A stretch of 58,220 nt of DNA, taken from assembly GCA_001938485.1 (NCBI GenBank), contig MQRK01254974.1, positions 1 through 58,220 of the forward strand, read 5' to 3'. The DNA is from Girardia tigrina. Taxonomy: Eukaryota. The notes under the pieces are model-generated. The model made no database searches. It worked only from the letters and a program-made list of their open reading frames with translations, and was not told the DNA's origin. Below are positions 1 to 12,040 of this stretch, in pieces. The translations under genes and the position numbers were made by a program. The stretch's first letter is position 1; every line of letters starts with the position of its first letter.

Positions 1-326
1 CACTAGCACTTTTAAAAAATTTTATGTATTGATTTTTGCACTTTTGCACATGTGCAACTTGAAAAGCACTGTGCTAGCACATTAGAAATGTGTGGCACAA
101 TGTGCACTATCGATTGGCATATTGTTTCCGTTCATATCTATATGTTTCTTTGCCTAGACTCTAGTCTCTGGTCCTCTGTTATTTTATCTCCAAATTTTGC
201 TTCTAGTTCATAAATTAGGTGTACTCTATGAAACTCATCCTTTCTCATTGTCCCCCTGTTCTTTCATCCGATTTTTCATGATTGTTAAACCTGGAGACGT
301 TATCTCGAATCCTTTCTCATCCGCCA

Positions 327-484
327 TATTAGTGGTTCTTGGAACATCGTCACAATTATTAGTAGCAGACATTAAAACTTTTATTATACTACAAAAAATG
401 TTAAAATCAAATATTTAAAAAAATTTATTTTTTTTGAGAAACTATTTGTTTTCTAAATCTTAAACCGATATAGATAAAAAATAC
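327..484. repeat. Dispersed repeat; an inverted copy lies at about 21755-21915
   Basis: atattagtggttcttggaacat...cttaaaccgatatagataaaaa matches the reverse complement of 21755-21915 with scattered mismatches. Confidence 0.8.
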
Positions 485-1536
485 TTATAAATATTCGTAT
501 TTGATTTTTTAATTACTTATATAAATCAATTTTATATTACGATAACATTTTAAAATATTTAATCGTTCCATTTAATTTTATTACTTTTTTTTAAATCATG
601 TCACATAAAAATTATACACTTTTTTTACTTTTTATATTATATTAAAACTCTCAAAAATTTTTATTTGCAATTCAATTGATCTTCTTAATTTTAGTAATTT
701 TATTTTTTTTTCAAACGTTACATTTAATTATATAAAAATTTTAATTTGTACATATTTAATATAACCTTCTTTCAAAAATTTCCTAACATTTTTAATTCCT
801 AGCAAAGTAATTTGAACTCTTGAGAGATTATTGGAATATTGAGCTGAGTACAAGTTTATGTTTGACTGTCACATTATCTGATCAGTATGGGAGAAAAAGG
901 TTTTTAAATTTTTAAGTTTTAATCAAATCATCGTTCGTTTTTGGAGATTCACAATCTTTACTGTAATCTGTTAACTCGCACGAAATATTGATTTGTGTTT
1001 GTGTTCTGTCATCAAGTATTGAATTATTATTATTTTTGACTTGTTAATTTTTGTTATTTGAAATAAAGTTTCATAAAAAAATTTGTGTTCATTGTCTATA
1101 TATTTATGTTGGAAGTTCTTTCTGAAATTGGAGTCAGATTAAATAATTGAGATTAAAGATTACAGATTAAAGATTAAAGATTTAAGATTTGTGTTTTAAA
1201 AGTAAATAATTATATTAAAGATTTCTAATACCCAACACATATATGACTGAATAAATTAGATACTGATTAGTATTTGTATTAAAATGACAATAAAAATGTT
1301 TGCAATAAAATTAATCGTTTAAGAAATACAAGGAGATTAAAAGTATTAAAAATAATAATTATTAAATATTTTTTAATTTCAAGATTTCAATCTTTAGATT
1401 TCGATCTTTAGAACCAAACATCAAACATATTGCTCGAGATCTTTCGTACGAGAGGTACTGAATTTCATGGTGCTTAGACATTTCCTCATTCGATATCTAT
1501 TCACTTAAATTTTATCACTTCGTTTCTTTATCACTT

Positions 1537-1928
1537 GGGCCTCCCATCTCTTTCAATGGTATTGAGCCTAAGGCTCTTTAGAGGGTCCACCCAAACTAAA
1601 GTCCTTAAGGGCCCCCCGATAGGCCTCCTACGGGGTCAGTGTCCTTCTGCCTGCGAGCGACCGGTTTTCCAGTTGCAAAAGACCAGCCATGGAATTTGGT
1701 GCCATGGCCATACATACCTTTGGCGGTTACGGTGGACTCGTAACATCCTCTGAATGGGCACTGGAAATATCCTTTTGCTTTTGCATAATTGGCTGGCAAT
1801 CGGTATTGTCGGTGCGGCGATTCTTCACGAGTGTATGTAGTGTTGTCTTCTGTCTGGATCCTCGGCGTGCCCATAGTTGCTTCCGGTAACTGGGGGTTGG
1901 ATTGAATTGTTGTCGGCTATCATCCAAC
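1537..1928 (-). mobile_element. GC-rich insert encoding a C2H2 zinc finger; probable 5' fragment of an RLE-type (R2/NeSL/CRE-like) non-LTR retrotransposon
   Basis: ORF 1605-1874(-) contains FQCPFRGCYESTVTAKGMYGHGTKFH (C-x4-C-x12-H-x4-H). GC content jumps sharply, and tttatcactt repeats flank both sides. N-terminal C2H2 fingers are typical of RLE LINEs (inference). Confidence 0.4.
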
Positions 1929-4499
1929 TTAATCATTTTATCACTTAATCATTTTATCACTATAAACTTTTAAACTTGACATTATCATTTAGAGATTTCA
2001 TAACTTTGTACACTTTTACTGATTATTTTATCACTTGGATAAAACTATAACGTATATAAAAACGACAAAGTGTAAATCCTCAATAATATGTAAAATGTAT
2101 AAATTTTTGAAGCTCAGGGATTAAAGAAACGGTTGTATTCAGTGGTAGTGCAAGCTCTAGATGTCATTGAAGTGTTCAGCTTGTTTTACAACATTAGATG
2201 TATCTAGTGAATGCTTTGGAACCACATTATAACAATGGAGGTAAAATGAACACATTTTGGCGAAAAAGACAATTAAATAGATGAAAAATAGAATATTGGA
2301 TCTTCCATAACATACTACTATAACAATATTACCTCATTTAAATACCTCTATTGAAATTCTCGATGTTTTAAAAATATTTTTCTGTATAATTCAAGACTTT
2401 CAGAAGATTGTGTGATACTTTAGAGAGTGAAATTGTGACTAGCAAATGGTACTTTCAAAGTTGTTCTTACTATTTCGTTTTAGTTATACAATATTTATTC
2501 CGAACTAGCATCTGGAATTAATCCATCTGAAATTTATTATTTCATTGTTAGGGCCAATTGAACTAACTATCTTAATCCAGAGACTTTCGAGTATCCCACG
2601 TTCTGCAATCCTTTTTGCAAACTTGGGTAGGTAGTTGTTGAATGATTGGGCCACAAAAGCGTCCCCACCGCCTTTTATGTCGCAGATTGCTTCAAATACG
2701 TCTGAAATATGCTAGGAAGTGAACCTCACCCATGAGGGCAAAAAGCTTCTGTAAGTGTGGGGGCCTTAATCTTGGAATCCGTCCAAGTCTCCTAATCCAA
2801 TCTTTGAAACACGGTGTACACTTCACCAGACAGGGCTTATAGCAGAACTAAGTGATTAACATCTTTGAAAGACTCAGCATTGTCAATCGCACTAAAACCG
2901 GTTTAACAAATTCACCACGCTTGTACTATGTCGAAACAATCTTTAGCTTTTTCATAGTTCTAATTTATATTTAACTGCCACGAGAGCTTAAAGTTCAAGA
3001 ACAAAAACAAGTTGAAGATGCAATAAAATGCGTTTACTAACTTCCATCACAGATTTTCAGAATGACCCAATAAAAAACCATACGATAAAATATTAAATTA
3101 ATTAAAATCAACTAGTCTTCGTGATTCGCTTTAACGAATTTTGTTGATTTTAAAAGACAGCTATTGTTGCATATGCTGTCTTTCTAAGTGAAAAAGTGAA
3201 ACGATGATTTCAGGATATCGGATTGAAAACGGTTATAAAACAAATCATAGTCTAAGAATCACTGTTTATTGCCTTTATGTGCTGGTTATAAATAATTCTG
3301 ATGATTTATTCCAGGATTTTGAATTTGTGGAAAATGCTCTTGAGGCCGATAAAATGACAGAGTTATTATTTTACTTTGAGCATACATATCTCAAATGCAA
3401 GAAATGACTTGGCAATATGATAGCTATAGTTCAGTAAAATTTTCGTCGCGATTCCCGGACTCAATAAAAAGCTGTAGCGGATATTCGGTTCTTGATCAAA
3501 AGACATTATCATAAACTCATAACTTTATTTCTATAAAAATTTGAATTTTTTAAACAAATATTTTTGAGGAACTTTTGCACTTTCTTTTTACACAATCATT
3601 ATAAATAGAAATAGATATAAATAAAAATATGATTAGTATATTTTTTACAAATTAAAATTCTATATTTTTTTAATAAAAAATTATAGTGAATTAAAATTTT
3701 GTCACAAAGATTTTGTTGCGTCTTTTATTAATTTTTCAATTTTATGGTACATTTAAATTTCTCTGTTTCTCAATTACATTTTCTAAAATAAAATTGAAAT
3801 CGCATTTTTCATTTAAGTCGATTTAATTGTTTAACAATTATTTTTTTTAATTCCAATTACTATTTCCAAAAAAAATTATAATTACATTTTTAATTTACTT
3901 TGATTTAAAAGTTACAAAAATAGTTTAGTTTACTTTTATTTCGCAAATATAATATCAAACTTTAAATTACTTTTTATTTTATTTCAAATAAATATTTTCA
4001 TCAAATTTGAAATTAACGTTTTTACTTTATAATAAATCTTTTAATAACCCTACCGTAAAATTTATTTTATTTCTTACATAAATTAATTTTTTACATTAAA
4101 TTTCTGAAAATCTATTTTAACATATTTATAACAATATTTTACGGAATGTAATTGTTTATTTAATAATTTCATAAGAATCAAAAATTTTATATTTTATGAA
4201 TGCTCCCAACAGCGGATACTATTGCAAAAACAATAATTGCACTCGAAGAATGGAATTATGAATTTCAAGCATTGTTTTAATATCCAACATTCTAGAAATT
4301 TATGTTAGAACTTGAAAAGGTTATACAAATTTCAAAAAAATATTTTTCTTGATATAATTTTAGGTGTAGTATTTCCTACTTCAAGAACATAGAGAATTTT
4401 TAAAGAAACTGTTAAAAAACAGTTGAACGCAACAATTTAAATGGAAATCTTTTTAACTTATTCTATAGTGAACATTTATTATATATTTCTTATTAAATT

Positions 4500-4915
4500 T
4501 AAAAGAAACCGCAGCACTGCAAAGCAGATAACCAACTTAAGACTGATTTGTGAGAAAACTAGAGACCAGACAAACACAATTTGTCATAACTTTTTAGATT
4601 TTAAAAAAGCTTTTGACAGGGTGTGGAACAAAGCACCATAGCACACTAAAAATAAGCACAACATAGGAAAACATGTTACGAAAATTATTAAGAGCCTTTA
4701 CGAAGACGCAAAGTGTTGAGAAGTGAGCAATTTAGCGAATGGTTTAAATCATTTGTAGGAGTAAGACAAAGTTGCATTCTTTCAACAACACTGTTCAACT
4801 TTTTCCTTGAGAAAATATTTATGAAAGCAATAAACGATCTAGACGATGTTGGAATAAGCTACGAATAAACAAGAATAACCAACCTACGATATGCGGATGA
4901 CAAAGACCTAATTGG
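4500..4915 (+). mobile_element. RTE-clade LINE reverse transcriptase fragment (decayed)
   Basis: Motifs RSTAKQI, FLDFKKAFDRV, GVRQSCILS.TLFN and NLRYADD, interrupted by stops and frameshifts. Confidence 0.85.
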
Positions 4916-5716
4916 ATTGTAATAATAATGTATTAATTCCCAGACTCTACATCTGAGAAAAGAAAAAGGTCTGTTTTGTGAGTTTAAAAATACATACTTC
5001 AAAAAAATAATCACATTTCAAATTTTTTTTACGATAATTGTTTTGTGAATAAGAGTGAAAAAGGAGAAAACCGCAAAAAAATTAATTAAGAATTAATACA
5101 CATTTGTTTGCTGAATCAATTTGTGTATAAATACATTTAACACGCTCAAATAATTTTATGTCCAAATTCAATTTTTTAACAAAAAATTTTCGGCTATTTT
5201 CAATTTCCAGAGTCTTCTTACTGTCATTTTATTTTATTTATTTTGAACCTGCACTTCCATCAGATCGTTTATGCCATCGAATTAATCGATCGATTGATTT
5301 TCTATGAGAATCATTACTTTGAGATTATTCGATCAAAAATGAGGAAAATAAGAACTCTCGTTTAAGGATACCTGGGATGTTCACCGAGAATGTCGAAACA
5401 TTGTTTGTCATTCGTGATGTTCGGTTGGGAAATGTATTTTTCCGGATATTTGTAATCGGAATTGCATCAATCAATCACGAAAAAAGATCAAATAATTGTC
5501 GAACCGATGAAAGAATCACCGCTGTTTATTAATCAGAGAAAATAAAATAAATTCTTGCTCATATTGAAAATGTTATTTACATCATTTATTCTATTTCTCC
5601 TGACGTGACATTGGACCAATTTATTGTTGATTCAGAATTCTCCTGCATTGCCGACATTCTCTGTTGCATAGATTATAGCAAAATTCGGCGAAATAAAATT
5701 ATTGGTTGACTGGCAC

Positions 5717-6253
5717 TGTGAGGAATATTTTAAATTTGGTATGTTGAAATTGGTTTGTTGAATTTTGTATGTTGAGTTTAGTATTTGGAAATGTGTTTCT
5801 CCCACCCAGATGGAAAATTGATATTTTGGANNNNNNNNNNNNNNNNNNNNNNNNNNNNNNNNNNNNNNNNNNNNNNNNNNNNNNCAGCATAAGATATATA
5901 AAAACATTAAAAATATTAAATCTTTTCAAATCTTCATATTAAAATTTAAATAAAATAAATAGTTTTAACTAAGTTTTGAATTAAATAAATGTTCTTTCTT
6001 TACTTAAAATAATTTTTAAATAAAATTAATATGTAAATAAAATAATACTAAAACTACAAAATTTGAACTTTAAAAATAAAATCTGAAAATAATGAAAAAT
6101 TTGTTCGAATAATTACTTATTAAAAATCATTAACTAAAAATTATCAATTTAGAACGATGTCGAATGACGAGAGTTTTGCTGAGAGTTGTCCAAAAGACAA
6201 TTCTGATTGTAATGAAAATAAAAGTTCGAAAACCCATGTTGGTGTTCTTAATA
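5717..6253 (+). mobile_element. Solo LTR of the 12273-17538 gypsy family, with 5-bp TSD GGCAC
   Basis: Runs TGTGAGGAAT...GGTGTTCTTAATA and matches the LTRs of the full element. GGCAC flanks it at 5712-5716 and 6254-6258. Contains an N-gap. Confidence 0.93.
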
Positions 6254-6517
6254 GGCACAATTACGGATTCAGTTTGATAAGCAGGGGTCACAAAGGGTGG
6301 CAGTGGACCATGAATACTGACTACATTGCATAAAATCCTAGAAAAGGATTTCACTCAAAAAAATACATTACAGATTTTCTTTCTTTACTTGATTATTTTC
6401 AATTGGTGTGTATGTATTAATTTTTTAATCGAATTTTTATATGCGAATTTAATCGATCGAATTTATAATTTTTTAATTGTTGTTGTTTGAATGATTAAAT
6501 AAAATTTATTTTGGCAC

Positions 6518-7040
6518 TATTAACAACATCAATATGAGGTTTACAACATTTATTAATATTGTAAGCGCATTCACTATTTGATATCTCTCTTGATCAATAT
6601 TTTTCTGAGTTCAAACTAATTATTTTCAATAAATGAAAATCTGTTAATAGAAATTATTAATTATAAAGTTGAAATTAAATCTAAATATTTTTTTTAAAAA
6701 AAGAACATATTAAATTAATATATTAAAATTTTAAATTACATTAAAAAATAAATAATACATTCAAAAATTATTTTAAATCTTTTTACTTTACAATTAAATT
6801 AAATTATTTTTAATTAGTAAGAATCAAAGAAAATATCTATCATCCATCTGTGTAGGAGAGGCACAATCCGAATCAACATTCTACACAATTCAAAACATTC
6901 CTCACATCCTCCTCGGTTTCAACCATTCAACATTTCTAATCAAAGTTCTACCATCTTCGAGCTGTAACTCGTAACTCCAAGCACCCGTATCCAGTAAACA
7001 TTCGATTTCTAAGTTTTCTATTCTAACTTTTACAATTAAT
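6518..7040 (-). mobile_element. 3' end of a related gypsy element: integrase C-terminus, PPT and 3' LTR (6518-6906)
   Basis: The minus strand encodes SYELQLEDGRTLIRNVEWLKP (compare IRNVEWLKP near 16960), then PPT gaggagga, then TGTGAGGAATG...GATGTTGTTAATA. Confidence 0.8.
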
Positions 7041-7084
7041 TGAAAAGTTTCTTTTTGAATTTGATTATATCAAGTGAAATTAGA

Positions 7085-7530
7085 ATTGTCGAACACGGGT
7101 CAGTCGAATGGATTTTGAAAAATATTCCGAAATTTTCAAAAGGAAAATTTCTAAAGATTTAATGAAATAATAACGGCAGTCGATGTAAATATCGAAATTG
7201 TTAGGGTAGGCTTGTATAACGACAATATTTATATCATTAATCGTAAAACTAATTTAATGAAAATGTTTTGCTAAAAAAAGATTGTGAGGTATGCCAATTG
7301 AAAATTATTCGCATTGTCGGATTCATTTATATTTTGATGAGTTCGTTAACGGATTTTTGGTTTTCCATGAAATGAGTCAGTTTGTTATTCCTGGCGAACA
7401 TAAAGCTGCCGTTTCTTGTATGACATGGAGTAAAAATGCAGAAAAGCTTTTTAGTGGAGATATTTTTGGATTTGTTTTTTGTGTGGAAATTAATTATAAG
7501 AATAAAACAGTTTCTACATATAAAATTTGT
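7085..7530 (+). pseudogene. TECPR2: TECPR2/HPS5-like N-terminal WD40 gene fragment (frameshifted)
   Basis: EWILKNIPK..., ITAVDVNIEIVRVG...IYIINRK and FVIPGEHKAAVSCMTWSKNAEKLFSGDIFGFV resemble the TECPR2 motif FDVTGIHKNSITALAWSPNGMKLFSGDDKG. Several frameshifts and stops; no introns seen. Confidence 0.6.
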
Positions 7531-7689
7531 AAAACAGCATCGTTAATCGAAAAAGGCAATGAAACGTATAAATCGAAGAATTTTTTTGTCGTTTTGGATC
7601 ATTATAATAAAGCTTTCGAACTTGATCCAAAATTTTTCACATTTTATACTTACGTCGCAGCTGTGCATCTCGTTGGAAAAGAACATTAG
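7531..7689 (+). pseudogene. STIP1: STIP1/Hop (Sti1) TPR2A-like fragment fused in frame to the WD40 fragment
   Basis: IEKGNETYKSKNFFVVLDHYNKAFELDPKFFTFYTYVAAVHL aligns by eye to the Hop sequence [42 protein letters not shown]. Confidence 0.65.
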
Positions 7690-7699
7690 CAATCAGCAG

Positions 7700-7950
7700 A
7701 AAAGAGTCAACAGTTTCGTGATATTGTGTGCGATGACGAGGTCTTATTAAGAGGGAGTTATCCGAGCAATCATGAAATGGTGCTGCAACGTCCCGGCAAA
7801 GCTGAAAGCCGGCAAAGTCCGGGTATGATAATTTATTTTTCCTCCACGTGACCTGAATTCCGCCTCCCAATGCCAGCGTGCCGCAGCCCCGAAATAGCTG
7901 CGCCCGCTCCATTATCAAGGTCTTTGTGACCTCTGATACCTCAAAATGAT
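7700..7950 (-). mobile_element. GC-rich hAT transposase fragment; related piece at about 35600-35700 (+)
   Basis: A minus frame reads WSGRSYFGAAARW, resembling the hAT motif DxWS..RSY.GVTAHW. 7876-7909 is 31/34 identical to the reverse complement of 35633-35666. Confidence 0.4.
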
Positions 7951-7954
7951 TGTA

Positions 7955-8660
7955 CAAAGTGCCAAAGAAATTTTAAATAGAAATCAGTAGATAAAAAGCC
8001 AAAAGATTAGAGATCGACATTAAAAGGGATAAGATGGAACAAGTTAAGAGTTTTAAATACTAAGGCCCTACTATCACAAAGAATGCAGGAACCAAAGAAG
8101 ATATCAGAAGCCGGATTGATATTGAAACAAGCGCTATGATTAAGCTTAGCTTAGTTTTTGAATTTTAAAGAAATCCATCTCAAGAGCAGAATAAAGATCA
8201 CCAAGGCTAGTGTCTGGGTAACACTCTTCTATGGATGCGGAGGTTGGGCAATAAATCAGAAGAGCGTGGATAGACCTAAAACATTTGAAATGAAATGCTG
8301 CATGAGAATGCTGAAGATCACGTGGAAAGACAAGAAGACCAATGAATTTGTCTGGAGAAGAGTGACAGAAATACTAGGTATAATATATGAATCATTAGAA
8401 GAGACCATCAAGAGAAAGAAGCTGAAATTTTACGGACATCAAATAAGAAAACAAACACTAACAAAAGATATGATTGAAGGAAGAGTGGAAGGAGAAAGAC
8501 TAAAGAGTCAATGGACAAACGATTTAAAAGAAAGGAGTGTATTAAACACGGAATATCTTAACAAAGAGGCTACAAATAGAGAGATGTGGCGAAGGCTTGT
8601 GTATAATTGGGTGCACACAAGGCTTAAAGGCTAAGGTTCAAAGGAATGAAGAAGAAATAT
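7955..8660 (+). mobile_element. RTE-clade LINE 3' end (post-YADD RT and C-terminal domain)
   Basis: Motifs EQVKSFKY, TLFYGCGGW, FEMKCCMRMLKITWKDKKTNE, KLKFYGH, IEGRVEG and NREMWR, followed by a gaa-type tail. Confidence 0.88.
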
Positions 8661-9932
8661 ATATATTGAAAGATATTGTTCTTTATTAATTCATTCACTT
8701 ATTTCAGTTTCCTGAAAATATTTCAGTATTTATAAAACATTCTATGTTTTTAATTTTATAACTTATATGAAATAAATTTACATTTGACAAAAATAAAATT
8801 CTAAGTGATAAAGAGTCAAGTGACGAATAATGTATTAATACTCAGACTCAACATCTGAGGAAAGGAAGAGCTCTCTGAGACTCCTGGTAAATCAAGTTTG
8901 CAGCTGCAAATGAAACAAAACTACTTTCAAATACGTAAAGAAACATTTTGTAATAACAAGACAGAAATTTCGATCTTGTGAAAATAAGATTTTTGTCTTA
9001 AAATTTGTTTAATTTCGTTCTTATTTAAATATATTGAAATCATCTTTCACCTGTACAAAACAAAATCTTTTCCATCACAATTTATCATTACGACCCACGA
9101 AAGAATTTGAATTACAACATTTGCAATAAATCTATTTTTAATTTTATATTTCCAAACATTTCTAGATTCATGATTAATTGTCAATAAACCCTGCAGGGGT
9201 CGAGGTCGTATTGATGCATTGCTTATTAACACTCACTTAAATAAATTGAAAGAAAATTAACAACGACAAATAATATACACTTAAAATTTATTTATTTTAA
9301 ATTAAAAATTGAAAAGCAAATAAACGTAAACATGTAAGAAATCGACTTGTGTCTATTTAGTCAACCGCTACCGCGGCTTGATTAATAAGTTTTGAGTATT
9401 TTCAACATTGCAGATTTGAATTTTTAAGAGGAATCGTATCTCGTCCTTTGAGTTTTGTTCGTCATTTTCCCATGTCTCATGGATTTTTAAAGCAGTCCCT
9501 ATAAAAGTGACTTTATGCTTCATTAGTTGGAAAACAAAGCCAATTCTTTACCTCTTGCCACACCACTAAGTCTACAACCTTCTTCTATTGCTATCAGCCG
9601 GATGTGGTTTGTTGATAATGAACCTGCCTCATATGTTGGTCTCATATATGCAGTTTCTATGTAATTAATTGCCAACAAGCTTGGAAAATTTGACTCTCAG
9701 TTCTTTGAAAGCCTTATTTGCTAAGTTGGAAAAAATTCAAATTAAATATAAATAAACCTCAGGGGTCTGGTTTTCTATATATGCTAAATGGTTTGAGCAT
9801 GCAAGTAGATTTATTATTTCATAACACCGATTTCCTCACTTATCATTTGTAAATAGTGCGGTTACTTGTTCGACGATAGCAGTTATCAGTCAAGATTCTC
9901 GTGATCGTCGGGTTTAAAGTACAAAAATGATA
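8590..9932. repeat. Segmental duplication, copy A (copy B at about 28238-29572): RTE tail plus a multi-exon pseudogene on the minus strand
   Basis: Colinear near-identity between the two blocks. Both carry the exon LISNASIRPRPL...FVLYR followed by GT, and RI.FVFQLMKHKVTFIGTALK. Confidence 0.92.
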
Positions 9933-10595
9933 AAGTTAAAAAATAATTGTGATATCAATGGATCTTTCGAAGAAAGAGCGTTCTCTTGCCATTTTCCTAA
10001 TTTTTTAGCTAACCTAAATGATGAATCCCTTTACTTATACTCGCACCTAGCACAATAGTGGGTAATTCTGTACAATGACGATCAACTACAGTATATCTAT
10101 TTGATACACAGCGAAAGAGGGATGTTTATACTTATCAGTGAGGAAAGTCCTATTTCAAGCGAAAGAGAAGTTTTCCTAAATTTCTTGAATGAAAATCAAA
10201 AGGTAAAATGTGTGCAAATTTGTATCTTAAAAAATAAAAAAACTTTAATACGAACATACAGTGAAATCTCAATGACCTCACGACTAAAAGATTATTTATT
10301 TTTATATCTGTGTCACGTTTACTTACACTCTTTTTTGCATTTAAGTTTTAAAAAAGAAAATAAATTTGTATACACCGCTTATATTTAAATAATGATTTAA
10401 TTTTTACTTTTTGCAGTACTTTTCAAATATGTTGTACGGTCTGATAGTTCATATCTTCAGACGATATGCATTCTGTGTCACAGGCTCGTTGGTCATTCGC
10501 TTCATCAATTCGATCTATATAAATTATTTATTGAAACAGTAATGATTAATTTTCGTTACAATAATTTGTGTAACGTATTACCAATCAATCCATAG

Positions 10596-10998
10596 ATGTC
10601 TTTTCAGATGCATTTTATTCATCTGATTCTTCTTTTATGCGTTACTTCTGCGTGGTGTAAGTCGATCTGCTCGAATCCGAATCACCCATATAAAACAGAA
10701 ACAAATTCCGATTGCGCCGATTTCAGCAGAATCTGTCTCAAGCAAAGTGAGTAAAATATTTTTAATTATTTATCTATTTGTTTCATCCTCAGATGATCCT
10801 CAATGTGTAAATTTTCTGAATATTTGCTCTCGTAAGCTTTTCATGATTATCACTATTATTGGTACTATCTATCTTCCGTTACATTTACAGAGTGTCCTCC
10901 ATCTGATTATGTTGCCATCAGTAATTTAGATTCATTTTAATTAATTAATTAATAATTATTATTTGATTCAGTGTTGAAGGACATTGCTAAACTAGGCG
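10596..10998 (+). CDS. Micro-exon gene paralogue 1, 5' part: signal peptide plus Cys-rich domain (probably disrupted downstream)
   Basis: Exons 10596-10746, 10793-10831 (39 nt), 10891-10920 (30 nt), 10972-10998 (27 nt). GT-AG introns of 46, 59 and 51 bp, all phase 1. Splices to MSFQMHFIHLILLLCVTSAWCKSICSNPNHPYKTETNSDCADFSRICLKQNDPQCVNFLNICSQCPPSDYVAIMLKDIAKLG. TATA-like ctatataaa at about 10515. Confidence 0.72.
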
Positions 10999-11067
10999 GT
11001 TAGTGTGTTATTATTTTTTGCTTAAAACATTCTTTTAAGTGTTTGCTTTTTTGAGTTTTGATTTGAT

Positions 11068-12040
11068 TATTAAGAACACCAACATGGGTTTTCGAAATTT
11101 TATTTCCAATACAATCAGAATTGTCTTTTGGACAACTCTCAGCAAAACTTTCGTCATTCGATATCGTTCTAAATTGATAAATTTTAGTTAATGTTTTTTA
11201 ATAAACAATTATTCAAACAAATTTTTCATTATTTTTAGATTTTATTTTTAAAGTTCTAATTTCTTTATTCTTTCCGCATAGTCCTTCCAATACCTTTGAA
11301 TATTTTGCATAGTCTTCTAAGAATTTCCTGTAATAATTCGTTAAACCTAAAAAGCTTATCAAATGTTTTACACATGAAGGATTCTGAAACTTGCTAATCG
11401 AATCGATCTTTGTATAATATGTTTCTATGCCATCTCTGCTGATCACATATTCAAATAACTTTGTCTTTTCCACCAAAAAATGACATTTATCTGGATTAAT
11501 TCTCGGACCCGATTGCTTTATTTTATTGAAAACGTGTCCATTTTGTTTGAGGTGTTCTTCCTTGTGTTTTGCGAAAATTAATATATCGTCTAAATACACA
11601 ACTGCTTCTTTCCAACTTAATTCACCCAAAACTCTTACCATCAGTTCTTGAAACGTTGCTGTGCCGCTAAAATTCCAAATGGTATTCTCTTGAAACAGTA
11701 TTGACCATCCTTTGTTGAAAATGCTGTTTAAATTTTTGATTCATCTTCAAGTTCCACTTGATGGTATGCGTTTCCAAAATCGATCTACACACACTCGAAT
11801 GTCCTGTTTCTCTTTTTCCCAAACACAAACTAGAGGGAAATTCCACGGTGAACTGCATTTCTCTATAATATCGTTTTCTTCATATTTTCGAATAATATTG
11901 TCCAGTTTTTCCTCGAAATGTTTTGGTTGTCGATAAGGTTTCACTAAAACTTGTTCTCCATGTGTTTCGATCTTGTGTTTGGTCAATGACATTCTTCCAA
12001 TATCCCATTTGTCGGCCGAAAATATTGATTTAAATTCTGT
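11068..12040 (-). mobile_element. Inverted, internally deleted gypsy copy: RT fragment joined directly to the LTR 3' end
   Basis: 11240-12040 matches 14530-15410 in reverse (SSPWNFPLV, YLDDILIF). 11068-11240 is the LTR terminus ...GGTGTTCTTAATA. Confidence 0.9.

Noticed and set aside
2560-2950. Possible exportin-T-like C-terminal fragment on the minus strand (GDLDGFQD, GDAFVAQSFNNYLP)
   Set aside because: Similarity is too weak and fragmented to call without a search.
6513-6517. GGCAC also flanks the LTR at 6518, suggesting a target preference
   Set aside because: Other family insertions have different TSDs (GTTTG, GT(G/T)AA), and the sample is too small.
7876-7909. 34-bp GC hairpin repeated at 35633-35666 with changes only in the loop, as a candidate structured RNA
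   Set aside because: Both copies translate on the other strand as a hAT transposase motif (SGRSxFxAAAR), which is a simpler explanation.
10657-10698. Possible 42-bp intron (GTAAGT...AACAG) in exon 1 of paralogue 1
   Set aside because: Splicing it would create TAA, and the retained sequence encodes C...HPYKT, which is conserved in paralogue 2 (C...HPFRT).
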